NCBI GenBank assembly: GCA_964354935.1 | Contig: CAYHBT010000001.1 | Span: 10,751-74,750, forward strand | Source: an uncultured Candidatus Saccharibacteria bacterium | GTDB lineage: Bacteria; Patescibacteriota; Minisyncoccia; Phycocordibacterales; UBA9973 | DNA: 64,000 bases | Reading direction: 5' to 3' | Shown: positions 45,767-55,881 of the stretch, piece by piece | Layout of the letters: the number at the start of each line of letters is the position of its first letter | How positions within the stretch are numbered: the first letter of the stretch is position 1 | Notes under the pieces: model-generated | What the model saw: the letters and a program-made list of their open reading frames with translations, nothing else | Databases searched by the model: none | Told to the model about the DNA's origin: nothing | Made by a program: the position numbers and the translations under genes

Positions 45767-47071
45767 ATGAAAACCACATTCAAAAAAATAATAGCTTATA
45801 TTTTGCGCTTGGAATCGCAATTGGTTCTCGCTAAATATAAACCAAAAATTATCGCTATCACCGGTAGCGTCGGCAAGACTTCCACCAAAGATGCCGTCTA
45901 TGCTGTGCTTTCAAAAGTCGCCCATGTTCGCAAAAGCGAAAAAAGTTACAACAGCGAAATCGGGCTGCCACTCACTATTTTAGGAATCCCTAATGGCTGG
46001 AACAATCCTTTCGTGTGGTTTTTAAATATTCTGAAAGGTCTATGGCTTTTCATTGTGCCCTTTAAGCGGAATAAATATCCGAAATGGCTGGTGCTCGAAG
46101 TCGGAGTCGGCAAGGAAGGAGATATGCGTCGTACGGCTTCGTGGCTCCAAACCGATGTGGTCATCATCACCGCAATCGGAGAAACTCCTGTGCATATCGA
46201 ATTTTTTAGTTCGCGCAAGCATTTAATTGAAGAAAAATCACAGCTTATAAAAACTCTTAAAAAAGACGGGCTTCTGATATTAAATGCCGATGACCCTGAT
46301 GTATTGTCGATGAAAACTAAAACAAGAAATCTGACAACAACTTTTGGTTTTGGAGAAAATGCCGATGTGCTTGGGTCTAGCGATAGTATGACTTACGACG
46401 AAAAAGGAGTTCCCATTGGGGTAACTTTTCGAATCGATGAAGCGGGCACAAGTTTGCCGATTGTCATCGAGGGGGTTTTTGGCAGGAATCATATATATGC
46501 ATCTTTGGCGTCTTTAGCGCTCGCTTCGGCGTTAAAATTGAATATGATATCAGCGATAGAAGCTCTTAAAAATTATGATATTGCTCCGGGGAGAATGCGG
46601 TTATTGCAAGGCATCAATGGTTCGATGATTATTGACGATACTTACAATTCTTCTCCGACCGCTTCTCTGTCTGCGCTTTTGACATTGGGGCAAGTGAAAT
46701 GTCTGGGGAGAAAAATAGCAGCGCTTGGCGATATGCTTGAATTAGGTAAACACACCGAGGAAGCTCACAAAAACATAGGAAAAATTGCCAAAGACTATTG
46801 TGATATTTTGGTAGTTGTCGGATCCCGAGCTCAAGGAATAAAAGAAGGCGCGATAGAGGCGGGTATGAACAAAGAAAATATTTTTGATTTTTTAAAATCG
46901 CTGGAAGCTGGAGAATTTATAAAAACTTTTGTGCAGAAAGGGGATTTAGTGTTGGTGAAAGGCTCTCAAGGAATGCGTATGGAGCGAGTCTCCGAGTCGA
47001 TACTTTTTGATAAAGAAAACAAAGAAAAATTGCTCGTCCGCCAAGACAAAGAGTGGCAAAAAAAACTGTAA
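45767..47071 (+). CDS. murF: UDP-N-acetylmuramoyl-tripeptide--D-alanyl-D-alanine ligase MurF
   Basis: ITGSVGKTSTKD P-loop and Mur ligase middle and C-terminal domains. Confidence 0.85.
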   Translation: MKTTFKKIIAYILRLESQLVLAKYKPKIIAITGSVGKTSTKDAVYAVLSKVAHVRKSEKSYNSEIGLPLTILGIPNGWNNPFVWFLNILKGLWLFIVPFKRNKYPKWLVLEVGVGKEGDMRRTASWLQTDVVIITAIGETPVHIEFFSSRKHLIEEKSQLIKTLKKDGLLILNADDPDVLSMKTKTRNLTTTFGFGENADVLGSSDSMTYDEKGVPIGVTFRIDEAGTSLPIVIEGVFGRNHIYASLASLALASALKLNMISAIEALKNYDIAPGRMRLLQGINGSMIIDDTYNSSPTASLSALLTLGQVKCLGRKIAALGDMLELGKHTEEAHKNIGKIAKDYCDILVVVGSRAQGIKEGAIEAGMNKENIFDFLKSLEAGEFIKTFVQKGDLVLVKGSQGMRMERVSESILFDKENKEKLLVRQDKEWQKKL

Positions 47072-47072
47072 G

Positions 47073-47321
47073 TTAAATTTCTCCTATAAATTTAGCGATC
47101 CATTTTTCCGCTTTATCAACTACGGAGGAGACGTGACTAGATTTTTGCGCGTGTTTTTGAATATGAAAACGGACGATGGGAAAATAAAGTGAAAGAAGTA
47201 AAAAGCCGATTACTAAGAAGAGAATTCCCTGCAAGACAGGTAACACCAAGCCGAGTAATCCCAGTACAATAAATACAATTCCAGAGGTTAGGATTAAAAC
47301 TTTTTTTATCTGCTTTTGCAT
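47073..47321 (-). CDS. small two-TM membrane protein
   Basis: Hydrophobic segments only. Confidence 0.35.
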   Translation of the reverse strand: MQKQIKKVLILTSGIVFIVLGLLGLVLPVLQGILFLVIGFLLLSLYFPIVRFHIQKHAQKSSHVSSVVDKAEKWIAKFIGEI

Positions 47322-47352
47322 AATTAGATTGTAACAAAAATTTTATAAATTA

Positions 47353-48651
47353 TTAAGCGTTGCTTCCAGCAATGTATCCCGTCGTCCAGCAGAGCTGAAG
47401 AGAAAATCCTCCGCTCGGGCGGTTTATGTGTAATAGGTCTCCAGTGATAAAGAGATTTTCAAAAATTTTCGACCGCATTGTTTTCGTGTCGATTTCCGCC
47501 AAATCTACTCCGCCGTCGGCGACCACCGCTCTATCGAAACCCATAAGTCCGGTGATGGTTGCAGGTAGAGCTTTCAAAAGAGAAATTAAGCGCTTGCGGG
47601 ATTCTCGCGAAAGGCTATGGATTTTGGTTTCGGTATCTAAATCTTTCAAGAGAGACAAAATTGCTTTTGCTGTGCCATTTGGCAAAAGTTCAGGCAAAAT
47701 ATTTTTAAACATTTTATTTTTATTATCATCAAAAAGTTTCAATATTTTTTTCTCTAGCCTAGATTCGTCATTCTCCGGAAAAAGATCGATTTTTGCAGTG
47801 ACGGCTCCTTCTTCGAGCAAGTCGGCGATTTTTCCGGCAGAGTTTAATATGAGCGGACCAGAAAGACCGAAGTGAGTGAATAAAAGTTTACCCGTTTTAG
47901 AAAATTTTTTCTTGCCGTTTACGCAGAAAGTGATTTTCATGTTTGGAACAGAAATGCCGGATAGAGATTTTATCCATTCATCTTCGACTTTTATCGGCAC
48001 AATTGTCGGAGTGGGGGATTTTACAGTATGACCCAAATTTTTGAGCCAATTAAATCCATCTCCTGTCGAGCCTGTTTCGGGGTGTGAATTGCCTCCGGTT
48101 GCCAATATGTATGAATGAGCGGTGTATGTGTCGTTGCCGGATTGGATACCAGTAATTACCCCCACCTTGCCTCCCCCTACATAGGGGGAGGTGCCGAAGG
48201 CGGAGGGGGTATGAGAGGTCAGTATTTTTTTCACCGCCGAATTTGTTTTTATCATTACTCCTAAACTTTTCAAATCTTTTTCCAAAACCTTAAAAACATC
48301 AAAAGCTTTTTCTGTTTTCGGGAAGGCTCTTTTGCGCGCCTGCACAACAAGGGGTAGACCTCTCTTTTCAAAATATTCAAATGTCTCTTTTACTCCAAAC
48401 TGCGCGAAAGAAGAATACAAAAACTGCTCGGCTTCTCCGTAATTTTTTAATAGCGCACGGGTATCATATTCAGCATTGGTGATGTTGCATCTGCCTCCGC
48501 CGGTGATTTTTAGTTTTTTCCCAAGCTCGCGATTTTTCTCTATTAGCAACACTTTTTTGCCGTTTTGCGCGCTACAAGCGGCCGCCATCATTCCAGACGC
48601 TCCTCCGCCGATTACAATTACATCAAAATCATTTTCAGGGTTTTTATGCAT
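47353..48651 (-). CDS. HI0933/BaiN-like FAD-dependent oxidoreductase
   Basis: DVIVIGGGASGMMAA FAD-binding motif and a GGGRCNITN motif. Contains a GC-rich in-frame palindrome at 48170..48191. Confidence 0.75.
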   Translation of the reverse strand: MHKNPENDFDVIVIGGGASGMMAAACSAQNGKKVLLIEKNRELGKKLKITGGGRCNITNAEYDTRALLKNYGEAEQFLYSSFAQFGVKETFEYFEKRGLPLVVQARKRAFPKTEKAFDVFKVLEKDLKSLGVMIKTNSAVKKILTSHTPSAFGTSPYVGGGKVGVITGIQSGNDTYTAHSYILATGGNSHPETGSTGDGFNWLKNLGHTVKSPTPTIVPIKVEDEWIKSLSGISVPNMKITFCVNGKKKFSKTGKLLFTHFGLSGPLILNSAGKIADLLEEGAVTAKIDLFPENDESRLEKKILKLFDDNKNKMFKNILPELLPNGTAKAILSLLKDLDTETKIHSLSRESRKRLISLLKALPATITGLMGFDRAVVADGGVDLAEIDTKTMRSKIFENLFITGDLLHINRPSGGFSLQLCWTTGYIAGSNA

Positions 48652-48727
48652 TTAGTCTAACTATACAGAATTTCAGCTTATTTTCAATTTCGCATACGTA
48701 TTGTGTATGCAAATAATGATCGCCCTT

Positions 48728-49600
48728 TTATCTCTCAAGCAAATGAGAAATATCGCCTATTGGGGTGAGTTTGAATCTGTTTAGGAGCGGGGAGAGGATG
48801 TCTACGAATTTTTTAATTTTATCAAGCTCAGCATCGAGTTCGGCAAAACTATTGAATCTTTTTTTGCTGTAAATCACCAGTTCACCATCTACGAATTCCA
48901 TGTCGTGATTCCATTTTGAGTCGAGAAGGAGCGCGAAAATTTGCGGAGTAAAAATTTGGAGCGTCTCTATCTCATATTCTTTCGGTGAATACAATTTAAA
49001 TTTATCTTCAAATTCGCTCGGTAGAGTTATTTTAGCAAGAGGAGAAAAAAAAGAAGGGGCATTCGAATACCAATCGCTTTTGTAATTCAAATAAAGATGC
49101 GGAAATGTTCCGGTGAATTTTATTTCAAATACCGTAAATGAATATGTTGTTTTATTTTTTCCGCTACCGATAGTGTATTGATATTCAAAGATATGAAAGG
49201 GATGATTGTTGTAACTACCGGAAATTCCGTGGCTTACATTCGGCGAATGCCCGATATTAAATAAAAGAGCTTTTTCGTGCGAGATGTCTTTACTCAATGT
49301 GTATTCCCATCCGTATTTTAGGGCAAGCTGTTTCCAAAATGCTTCACGAACTCGTGAATAGATTATTGTGAACCACACTACCAAAAGAATCCAAGGGAAA
49401 GCAGGAATCCAAAATCCTAGTTCTGATGAAGTAATTTCCGGCGGCAAATATAAAATACAAGCTACTGTCCAGATTAATAACAGCAAAATCGTAAGAATAA
49501 TTTTTCTAGATTTTTTCTTGAGAGCCTGAAAAAATAACTGCTTTACATCAAGCACTTCGCCGTATTCAGGAGAAGGGGATTCAGGTTTGGTTTCGTTCAT
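48728..49600 (-). CDS. hypothetical membrane-anchored protein
   Basis: Two N-terminal TM helices. No recognisable motifs. Confidence 0.35.
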   Translation of the reverse strand: MNETKPESPSPEYGEVLDVKQLFFQALKKKSRKIILTILLLLIWTVACILYLPPEITSSELGFWIPAFPWILLVVWFTIIYSRVREAFWKQLALKYGWEYTLSKDISHEKALLFNIGHSPNVSHGISGSYNNHPFHIFEYQYTIGSGKNKTTYSFTVFEIKFTGTFPHLYLNYKSDWYSNAPSFFSPLAKITLPSEFEDKFKLYSPKEYEIETLQIFTPQIFALLLDSKWNHDMEFVDGELVIYSKKRFNSFAELDAELDKIKKFVDILSPLLNRFKLTPIGDISHLLER

Positions 49601-49733
49601 AATATGGACTGATTATAACATTTTTGATTTATTAACAAAAAATGCTATATTTGGCAGCGAGGGAGAAGAAAAAAATGTATTTTTACTTCGACCGAGTGAA
49701 CCAAATATATTGTACTCAATATATTTTTTCTAC

Positions 49734-49805
49734 GGCTCTATCGTCTAACGGTTAGGACGAATCCTTCTCAAGGATTAAATCGCGGTTCGATTCCGCGTAG
49801 AGTCA
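49734..49805 (+). tRNA. tRNA-Glu(CTC)
   Basis: Sequence ggctctatcgtctaacggttaggacgaatcctTCTCaaggattaaatcgcggttcgattccgcgtagagtca. The anticodon CTC sits in the loop ttCTCaa. Confidence 0.8.
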
Positions 49806-49946
49806 CAACGAAATTTATTAAGATAATGTTGGTAATTTACGCATATGCAGAAATTACCAACAAAAAAATTATTCCTCCAACTTCGGTTTCTCCACTTCGA
49901 GTGGTGTCTGCTTTGTTAATTTTATTTCTTGTTATATAATTAAAAT

Positions 49947-50294
49947 ATGGAAAATACAAAACTTGTAGTCGAAAATTTTAGGACAAAATCCGCGATGTCT
50001 GCAATAGAGACTGAGCAAAACATCAGAAAGTTTGGCAGAATTTTATCGAGGGCCCGTGCGGAGCTTCAAGTTTCTAGGGCATATATGGCTCAAATACTTG
50101 GTGTGCGTGAACCTGCTATAATCCAGTGGGAAGAGGGTAAAGCTTTTCCAGAAAGAAGGAGACTTGCGGATATAGCCAAAATCTATGAAATAGATCTAGC
50201 AGAATTAATCACAGCCTATGAAATTTCGACAAATGTTCATAAAAAAAGTACCGAAGTTGTAAAAACAATACGGGGTATGGGCGGATCATATTAA
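49947..50294 (+). CDS. XRE-family HTH DNA-binding protein
   Basis: ARAELQVSRAYMAQILGVREPAIIQWEEGKAFP helix-turn-helix. Confidence 0.7.
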   Translation: MENTKLVVENFRTKSAMSAIETEQNIRKFGRILSRARAELQVSRAYMAQILGVREPAIIQWEEGKAFPERRRLADIAKIYEIDLAELITAYEISTNVHKKSTEVVKTIRGMGGSY

Positions 50295-50301
50295 TTTTTT
50301 C

Positions 50302-51357
50302 TTATTCCTCTATTTTCGGCTTTTCCACTTCCAGCAAAGTCAGCTCCGGCGAAGTGCCGGCGATACGCAACACATCTTTGTCTATCTTTTTAAGTTCTTT
50401 ACTGGAAGCATTGTAATGATTGGAGACGGTATTGAGCGCGTTGCCTAATTTCACATGATATTCATCATAGGCTTTCAGGTGTTTTCCCAAATCGGAGACT
50501 TTTTTGATTATTTCTTTGGCAGATTCTTCTATTTTGAGAGCTTTGAGTCCTTGCAAGACGGTCTGCAAATACGCGAGGAAAGAAGTCGGACTCGTGATGA
50601 TCACTTTGTATTTTCCTGCGGCCCTTTGGATTAGGTTTTCATTATCTTCTCCCGCGCCGACTTTGTTGGTAATCAAATCATAATAAATGGCTTCGTGAGG
50701 GATAAACATAAAGGCGAAATCGGTCGTGCCTTTTGTCGGCTGGATGTATTTGGAAGTTTCGACAATTCTATTTTTCAAATCATTCTCAAAAATTTTCTCT
50801 AGCTTTTTCTTTTCTGTTTCGTCTCTTTCCTCAACCATCTTGTTATAATTCTCCAGCGAGAATTTTGAGTCTATCGGAATGATTTTGTCTTTCACGAAGA
50901 CTACGGCGTCAACTATGGTTTTGTCTGGGAATTCATACTGCATCTGATAGCTCCCCGGAGGGAGGACATTTTTCAGAACTGTCTCGAGGTAATATTCACC
51001 CAGTATTCCGCGCTGTTTTGGATTCTTCAAAATATTCTCCAAGCTCTGCAATTGATCGGCGAAAGAAATGACTTGCTTGTTTGTCTCGTCGAGTCTCGTG
51101 AGCCTCTCCGTCACATCGCGAATAATTTTATTTGATTCAGAAGAATGAAATTTCAAGCTCTCATTGACCTGCTTGTGGCTTTCGCCAATCTTATTGTCTA
51201 CTGTTCGCGAGAGTTCATTTATCTGTGTTAAAATTAAATTTAAACCGATTTCTTTTTCTTTTGAATCTTCACCATCTTCTTTTCTTTTTCCAAAGACAAA
51301 AAAGCCCACTACCAACCCTCCCAAAATTGCTATAAAAATCCAGACGATGTTTTGCAT
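50302..51357 (-). CDS. rmuC: DNA recombination protein RmuC
   Basis: N-terminal TM helix, a long coiled coil, and a conserved RmuC C-terminal nuclease-like domain (FAFMFIPHEAIYYD). Confidence 0.75.
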   Translation of the reverse strand: MQNIVWIFIAILGGLVVGFFVFGKRKEDGEDSKEKEIGLNLILTQINELSRTVDNKIGESHKQVNESLKFHSSESNKIIRDVTERLTRLDETNKQVISFADQLQSLENILKNPKQRGILGEYYLETVLKNVLPPGSYQMQYEFPDKTIVDAVVFVKDKIIPIDSKFSLENYNKMVEERDETEKKKLEKIFENDLKNRIVETSKYIQPTKGTTDFAFMFIPHEAIYYDLITNKVGAGEDNENLIQRAAGKYKVIITSPTSFLAYLQTVLQGLKALKIEESAKEIIKKVSDLGKHLKAYDEYHVKLGNALNTVSNHYNASSKELKKIDKDVLRIAGTSPELTLLEVEKPKIEE

Positions 51358-51394
51358 TAGTTTATTTTAGCATATTTTAGAATTTGTATTTCAA

Positions 51395-51440
51395 CCCCTC
51401 CTCAATTGAGGAGGGGTACCCTTTAGGGCGGGGTGGTAAT
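51395..51440. repeat. GC-rich palindrome CCCCTCCTCaattgAGGAGGGG with a G-rich tail. Intergenic copy of the lepA/oxidoreductase palindrome family.
   Basis: Read directly from the sequence. Confidence 0.7.
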
Positions 51441-51524
51441 TTAAAAAATAAGTAAAAATAAGAAACCGCCTGCAAGAGCCAGACGGTCTCTCACAAGCGG
51501 CGATGCGCACGCTTTCAATTTTCA

Positions 51525-51752
51525 TTATGAAATCCTTTCCACGATGATTCCAGATTTTTTAAGTTTCTGGATATCTTCGTCGTTGACATTTAACATTGAA
51601 AAAATAGGTCCAGTTTTTTCTTTTGATTTGGAAAGCAAGAATTGTTCTTTTCCCACCATTCCTTCAAGACTCTTTCCCGTAATAAGAACGATGTCATCTG
51701 TGACCTCATTGATGCTTTTTTCCTTTGGCCAACTCACAAGCTGTATTTCCAT
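51525..51752 (-). CDS. hypothetical small protein
   Basis: ORF only. Confidence 0.3.
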   Translation of the reverse strand: MEIQLVSWPKEKSINEVTDDIVLITGKSLEGMVGKEQFLLSKSKEKTGPIFSMLNVNDEDIQKLKKSGIIVERIS

Positions 51753-51861
51753 ATTTTTTTATCCCTTTCGTGAAAAAATTTAACACACACACGATACGAT
51801 TGTCAAGAAAACTTTGTTAATTTTAAGTTCAGGAATATAATTGTTTTATGTATTTATCTTA

Positions 51862-51899
51862 TCCAAAAACAAACCCGCCCAAGCGGTAAAGCTTGGGCG
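51862..51899 (-). terminator. rho-independent terminator of the exonuclease gene (CGCCCAAGC-ggtaaa-GCTTGGGCG plus a T-tract on the minus strand)
   Basis: Perfect 9-bp stem with a T-rich tail on the minus strand. Confidence 0.65.
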
Positions 51900-52001
51900 A
51901 GGTATAAATACAATCCTAATATCCTATAGGCGAGGGCAACTTTCGTTACTATTAGATTATAGTATATGTGTGCTAAAAATACAATGAGCTGTGGATAACC
52001 A

Positions 52002-52718
52002 TTATTTCCCCAAATAATGTTTTAAAGTATATATCCAATCCTCATCTATCTGGTCGCCCGCAAGTTTTTGGGCTAGCAGCCATTCTAAATAATCTCTATT
52101 TGTCTTTAAAACATCTTCAATTTTTTTGCCGATATGTTTGCCGAAGTTAAACGAACGAAGGAGGGAAGGGTGGCCGGAGATTTCTATCATTTTTTCTATG
52201 GCTTCGCTTTCACTTACTTTATCCTCTGACATTATTTTATTTTTCAGTCGTTCAAAAAGTTTCTCCAAGACCATCACATCGCCGAGGGCGTCGTGCGCCG
52301 TCGCGTCTATTTCTATATCGAGATAGTAACGCAGGTATTGGAGTTTGTATTGTGCTATTTTTTCTTCTTTATCCAAAAATCTGGCAACTCGCAAGGTGCA
52401 GATAAAGTTCGCAGGTTCTATACCTTCTTTTTTAATAATCATCAAATCAAAAGGCGCGTTGTGGGCGACCACGACAGAATCCTCATCTTCAAAAATGGAT
52501 TTTATTTTTTCTTTGTCTTCACTTTCGGAAAAAGATGGTTTGTCCGCCACCATTTTATTAGTGATGTGATGTACGGCAGAAGCTTCCGGGGGGATTTTGA
52601 TTTCCGGCTTGTAAAGACCGACAAACTTTTCATCACCGGATTTGTAAGCAATCTGGCACAAAAAATCTTTCTGTTCGTTGCCCGTGGTTTCTGTATCAAA
52701 GAATATAAGTTTAGACAT
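52002..52718 (-). CDS. DEDDh 3'-5' exonuclease (DnaQ/epsilon-like) with a C-terminal FGKHIGKKIEDV...YLEWL domain
   Basis: FFDTETTG (Exo I), VAHNAPFD (Exo II) and HDALGD (Exo III) motifs. Confidence 0.75.
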   Translation of the reverse strand: MSKLIFFDTETTGNEQKDFLCQIAYKSGDEKFVGLYKPEIKIPPEASAVHHITNKMVADKPSFSESEDKEKIKSIFEDEDSVVVAHNAPFDLMIIKKEGIEPANFICTLRVARFLDKEEKIAQYKLQYLRYYLDIEIDATAHDALGDVMVLEKLFERLKNKIMSEDKVSESEAIEKMIEISGHPSLLRSFNFGKHIGKKIEDVLKTNRDYLEWLLAQKLAGDQIDEDWIYTLKHYLGK

Positions 52719-52746
52719 TTCACTATTTTAACATAGTTTGATATAA

Positions 52747-52858
52747 TACAGAAAGGAAATTTGCTGTTTTTGGGTCACATAATTTTCTGCTGAAAATTTG
52801 TTCCTTCTCGGCCCGTCGGCCTGCGAAAGACCCAAAAACAGCAAATTTCCTTTCTGTA
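52747..52858. repeat. hairpin element copy B: perfect 30-bp inverted-repeat arms (tacagaaaggaaatttgctgtttttgggtc / gacccaaaaacagcaaatttcctttctgta) flanking the conserved 52-nt core. Intergenic.
   Basis: The core matches copy A in tsaD. The arms are unrelated to those of copy A. Confidence 0.8.
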
Positions 52859-52859
52859 T

Positions 52860-53309
52860 ATGTTGCATGAACAAATAAAATCTGGAATAAAAGAAGCCAT
52901 GATGGCGAAAGATGCCTTGCGTCTTGCGTCATTTCGGGCCATGTCGGCCGCTTTTACCAACGAGCTGGTCGCTAAAAACAAAAAACCGCAAGATATGCTC
53001 TCCGACGAAGAGGCGATTGCTGTGATTGCTCGACTCGCCAAACAACGCAAAGATTCCATCGAGCAATTTAAAAAAGGAGGCAGGGAGGATTTGGTCAAAG
53101 AAGAACAAGCTGAGCTTTCAATATTAGAAACCTATCTGCCGAAAATGATGAGTAAAGCAGAAGTTGAAAAAATTGCTAAAGCGAAAAAGGCTGAATTGGG
53201 TATTACTGATGCCACCAAGAAAGGAATGCTGATGTCGGCGTTGATGAAAGATTTGAAAGGCAAGGCAGACGGCGCTGTAGTCAAAGAAGCCGTCGATTCA
53301 CTTTTCTAA
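52860..53309 (+). CDS. yqeY: GatB/YqeY domain protein
   Basis: YqeY-like helical domain. About 149 aa. Confidence 0.7.
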   Translation: MLHEQIKSGIKEAMMAKDALRLASFRAMSAAFTNELVAKNKKPQDMLSDEEAIAVIARLAKQRKDSIEQFKKGGREDLVKEEQAELSILETYLPKMMSKAEVEKIAKAKKAELGITDATKKGMLMSALMKDLKGKADGAVVKEAVDSLF

Positions 53310-53328
53310 AAATTGGCGGCGAAAAATT

Positions 53329-54234
53329 ATGGAAAGAACAAACAAAAAACTGGTCACGCACGACGGCTCGTTTCATACGGACGATATTTTTGCCTGTGCT
53401 GCTCTTTCGCTCGTTCTTGAAAAAAATGGTGAAGCTTTTGAGATTATTCGCACGAGAGATGAAGAGATTGTAAAAAGCGGGGATTTTGTCTTTGATGTAG
53501 GAGGTATATATGATGAAAAAAATAATCGGTTTGATCATCATCAGGCTGGTGGAGCGGGAAAAAGAGAAAATGGTATTGAGTATTCTTCTTTTGGCCTCGT
53601 TTGGCGTAAATTCGGTGTTGAAATTTCCGGCAATCAAGAAGTCGCTCAATTTATAGAACAAAAGCTCGTAATTCCGGTCGATGCCAATGACAACGGAATT
53701 GATTTATACAAAAATAATTTTCCAAATGTTTCTGTGTATACGCTGCAAGATATTTTCGCCACCTTTTCTCCGACCGCATTGGAAGATTTAGAAAAAGATA
53801 AGCAATTTTTAATTGCGCTTATTTGGGCGAAAGAAATTTTAAAAAGAGAAATAAAAAAAGCGAATGATCAAATAGAAATTACTAAAATTATTCGAGGTTT
53901 TTACAACCAAGCAAAAGACAAGAGATTGATTGTGATAGATGCGCCGAAAGTTTCTAGGTTTGAAATTTGGGATAGCTTGCAAGATTTTTCCGAACCTCTC
54001 TTTGCGGTCTATGGAGACAATGAAGGCTGGTCTGTGGTGGCAATGAGAAAAGATAAAAATAGTTTTGGCAACAGAAAGGATTTTCCAAAATTATGGGGTG
54101 GTAAAAAAGCAAAAGAATTGCAAGATATTGCGGGTGTTGATGATGCTGTCTTCTGCCACAACAAGCTTTTCTTATCAATTGCCAAAACAAAAGAAGGAGC
54201 TATCAAATTAGCGCAAATTGCTGTAGAATCCTAA
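53329..54234 (+). CDS. MYG1/UPF0160-family metal-dependent hydrolase
   Basis: THDGSFHTDDIFACAAL N-terminal motif and DHHQ. Confidence 0.7.
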   Translation: MERTNKKLVTHDGSFHTDDIFACAALSLVLEKNGEAFEIIRTRDEEIVKSGDFVFDVGGIYDEKNNRFDHHQAGGAGKRENGIEYSSFGLVWRKFGVEISGNQEVAQFIEQKLVIPVDANDNGIDLYKNNFPNVSVYTLQDIFATFSPTALEDLEKDKQFLIALIWAKEILKREIKKANDQIEITKIIRGFYNQAKDKRLIVIDAPKVSRFEIWDSLQDFSEPLFAVYGDNEGWSVVAMRKDKNSFGNRKDFPKLWGGKKAKELQDIAGVDDAVFCHNKLFLSIAKTKEGAIKLAQIAVES

Positions 54235-54236
54235 AT

Positions 54237-55229
54237 ATGGCATTTATTGATGAAATACAAATACACGCAGAAGCTGGTCGCGGTGGCAACGGCGTCGTGC
54301 GCTGGCATCGGCAGAAATTCGAGCCAAAAGGCGGACCGGCGGGTGGAGACGCGGGGCGGGGTGGAGATTTTTTCGTACGAGCAATTCGCGATGTGCATGT
54401 GCTTTTGAAATATAAAGCCAAAAAGAATTTTAGCGCGGGCAGGGGAGAAGACGGCGGAAGTAAAAGTCTACACGGAGCAAACGGCGAAGATTTTATTTTA
54501 GATTTGCCCATTGGTTCCATTGTTACCAATTTAGCGACGGAGGAAAAATGGCAATTGACCGAGGAGGGGCAACAGATTTTGCTTTTAAAGGGAGGCTTTG
54601 GCGGATTTGGCAATGAGCATTTTAAAAGTTCGGTCAACACAACTCCACGCGAATCAAATACCGGCGGACCCGGAGAGACGGGGGATTTCAAAATAGAACT
54701 CGAGCTTTTTGCCGATATTGGATTTGTGGGGCTTCCAAACGCGGGCAAGTCTTCGCTATTGAATGCGCTCACCAATGCAGATGCAAAAGTGGGAGATTAT
54801 GCTTTCACGACTCTTGATCCGAATTTGGGGGATTTTCACGGTTATATAATTGCCGATATTCCGGGAATTATCGAAGGAGCTTCTGAAGGAAAAGGGCTAG
54901 GTGTAAAATTCTTGCGTCATATCAAACGCACCAAAATGCTTGCGCACTTGGTATCTTTTGAAAATCCAAATATGATGAAAAGCTACAAAGAGATTCGTAA
55001 AGAACTCCAAAAATACGATAAAGATTTGAATTTAGGCGAAGAGGGACTTTCTGAAAAAGAAGAAATAATTATTTTGACAAAGACAGATGTGGTAGACGAA
55101 AAAGTTGTCGATAAAAAAATTAAAGACTTCAAGAAAGTTAGTAAAAATATTTTTGCAATCTCCTTATATGATGATAAAATAGTAAAAAAGTTCGCTGACT
55201 CTCTCATAAAAATTTTGAAAAAAGCTTAA
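54237..55229 (+). CDS. obg: GTPase Obg
   Basis: N-terminal Gly-rich Obg fold (GRGGNGVVRW, GGPAGGDAGRGGD). G1 GLPNAGKSS, DIPGII. Confidence 0.9.
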   Translation: MAFIDEIQIHAEAGRGGNGVVRWHRQKFEPKGGPAGGDAGRGGDFFVRAIRDVHVLLKYKAKKNFSAGRGEDGGSKSLHGANGEDFILDLPIGSIVTNLATEEKWQLTEEGQQILLLKGGFGGFGNEHFKSSVNTTPRESNTGGPGETGDFKIELELFADIGFVGLPNAGKSSLLNALTNADAKVGDYAFTTLDPNLGDFHGYIIADIPGIIEGASEGKGLGVKFLRHIKRTKMLAHLVSFENPNMMKSYKEIRKELQKYDKDLNLGEEGLSEKEEIIILTKTDVVDEKVVDKKIKDFKKVSKNIFAISLYDDKIVKKFADSLIKILKKA

Positions 55230-55239
55230 AAAATAATTT

Positions 55240-55850
55240 ATGAAAATTTTTAGGAACGGTTTAGCAACAGGATTGATTCTCCAGCTTGCGGTAGGTCCAG
55301 TATTTTTTTTATCACTAATCTCGCATTGCAAAGAACAATTTTTGACGGATTGGCTGGTGTGGTGGCGGTCACTATAGTTGATTACTTTTATATTATGCTA
55401 TCCGTTCTAGGTATTGGGAAATTATTAGAAAACAAGAAGATTAAAAAGTGGTTTGGAATTTTGAGTTCGATTATATTGGTTGTCTTTGGAATGATTATCA
55501 TAAAGGGTGCAATGAATGGAAACGTTTTAACTACCATTAACGCCAATTCAGCGAATTTATTTTCCAGTTTCATTTCCGTTTTTCTCCTTACTGTTTCTAG
55601 TCCCATGACTATTGTTTCCTTTACAAGCATATTTTTCACAAAAGCCATTGAATATAATTATACAAAAAAGGAATTGTTTATTTTTGGTTTCGGGACTGGA
55701 ATGGCAACATTTTTGTTTATGGGAACATTTGTAATTTTATTTTCCTTAATCAAAGGAACCATGCCTATATTACTAACTCAAACATTGAATATGGTTGTTG
55801 GATGTTTACTTGTTGCATATGGAGGAATAAGATTTTTAAAAACATTGTAA
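55240..55850 (+). pseudogene. LysE/RhtB-family translocator, frameshifted at a T8 homopolymer (55303..55310). N-terminal 20 aa are in one frame, the rest in ORF 55326..55850.
   Basis: Frame A reads MKIFRNGLATGLILQLAVGPVFF. After the T-run, frame B continues ...ITNLALQRTIFDGLAGVV. A run of nine T would restore a single ORF. Confidence 0.55.
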
Positions 55851-55881
55851 GAAATTATTGAGACTTCTTTTTGTTTTATTA

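Noticed and set aside
54203-54775. 190-aa minus-strand ORF
   Set aside because: It is antisense to obg and has a low-complexity Pro/Ser-rich translation. It is spurious.
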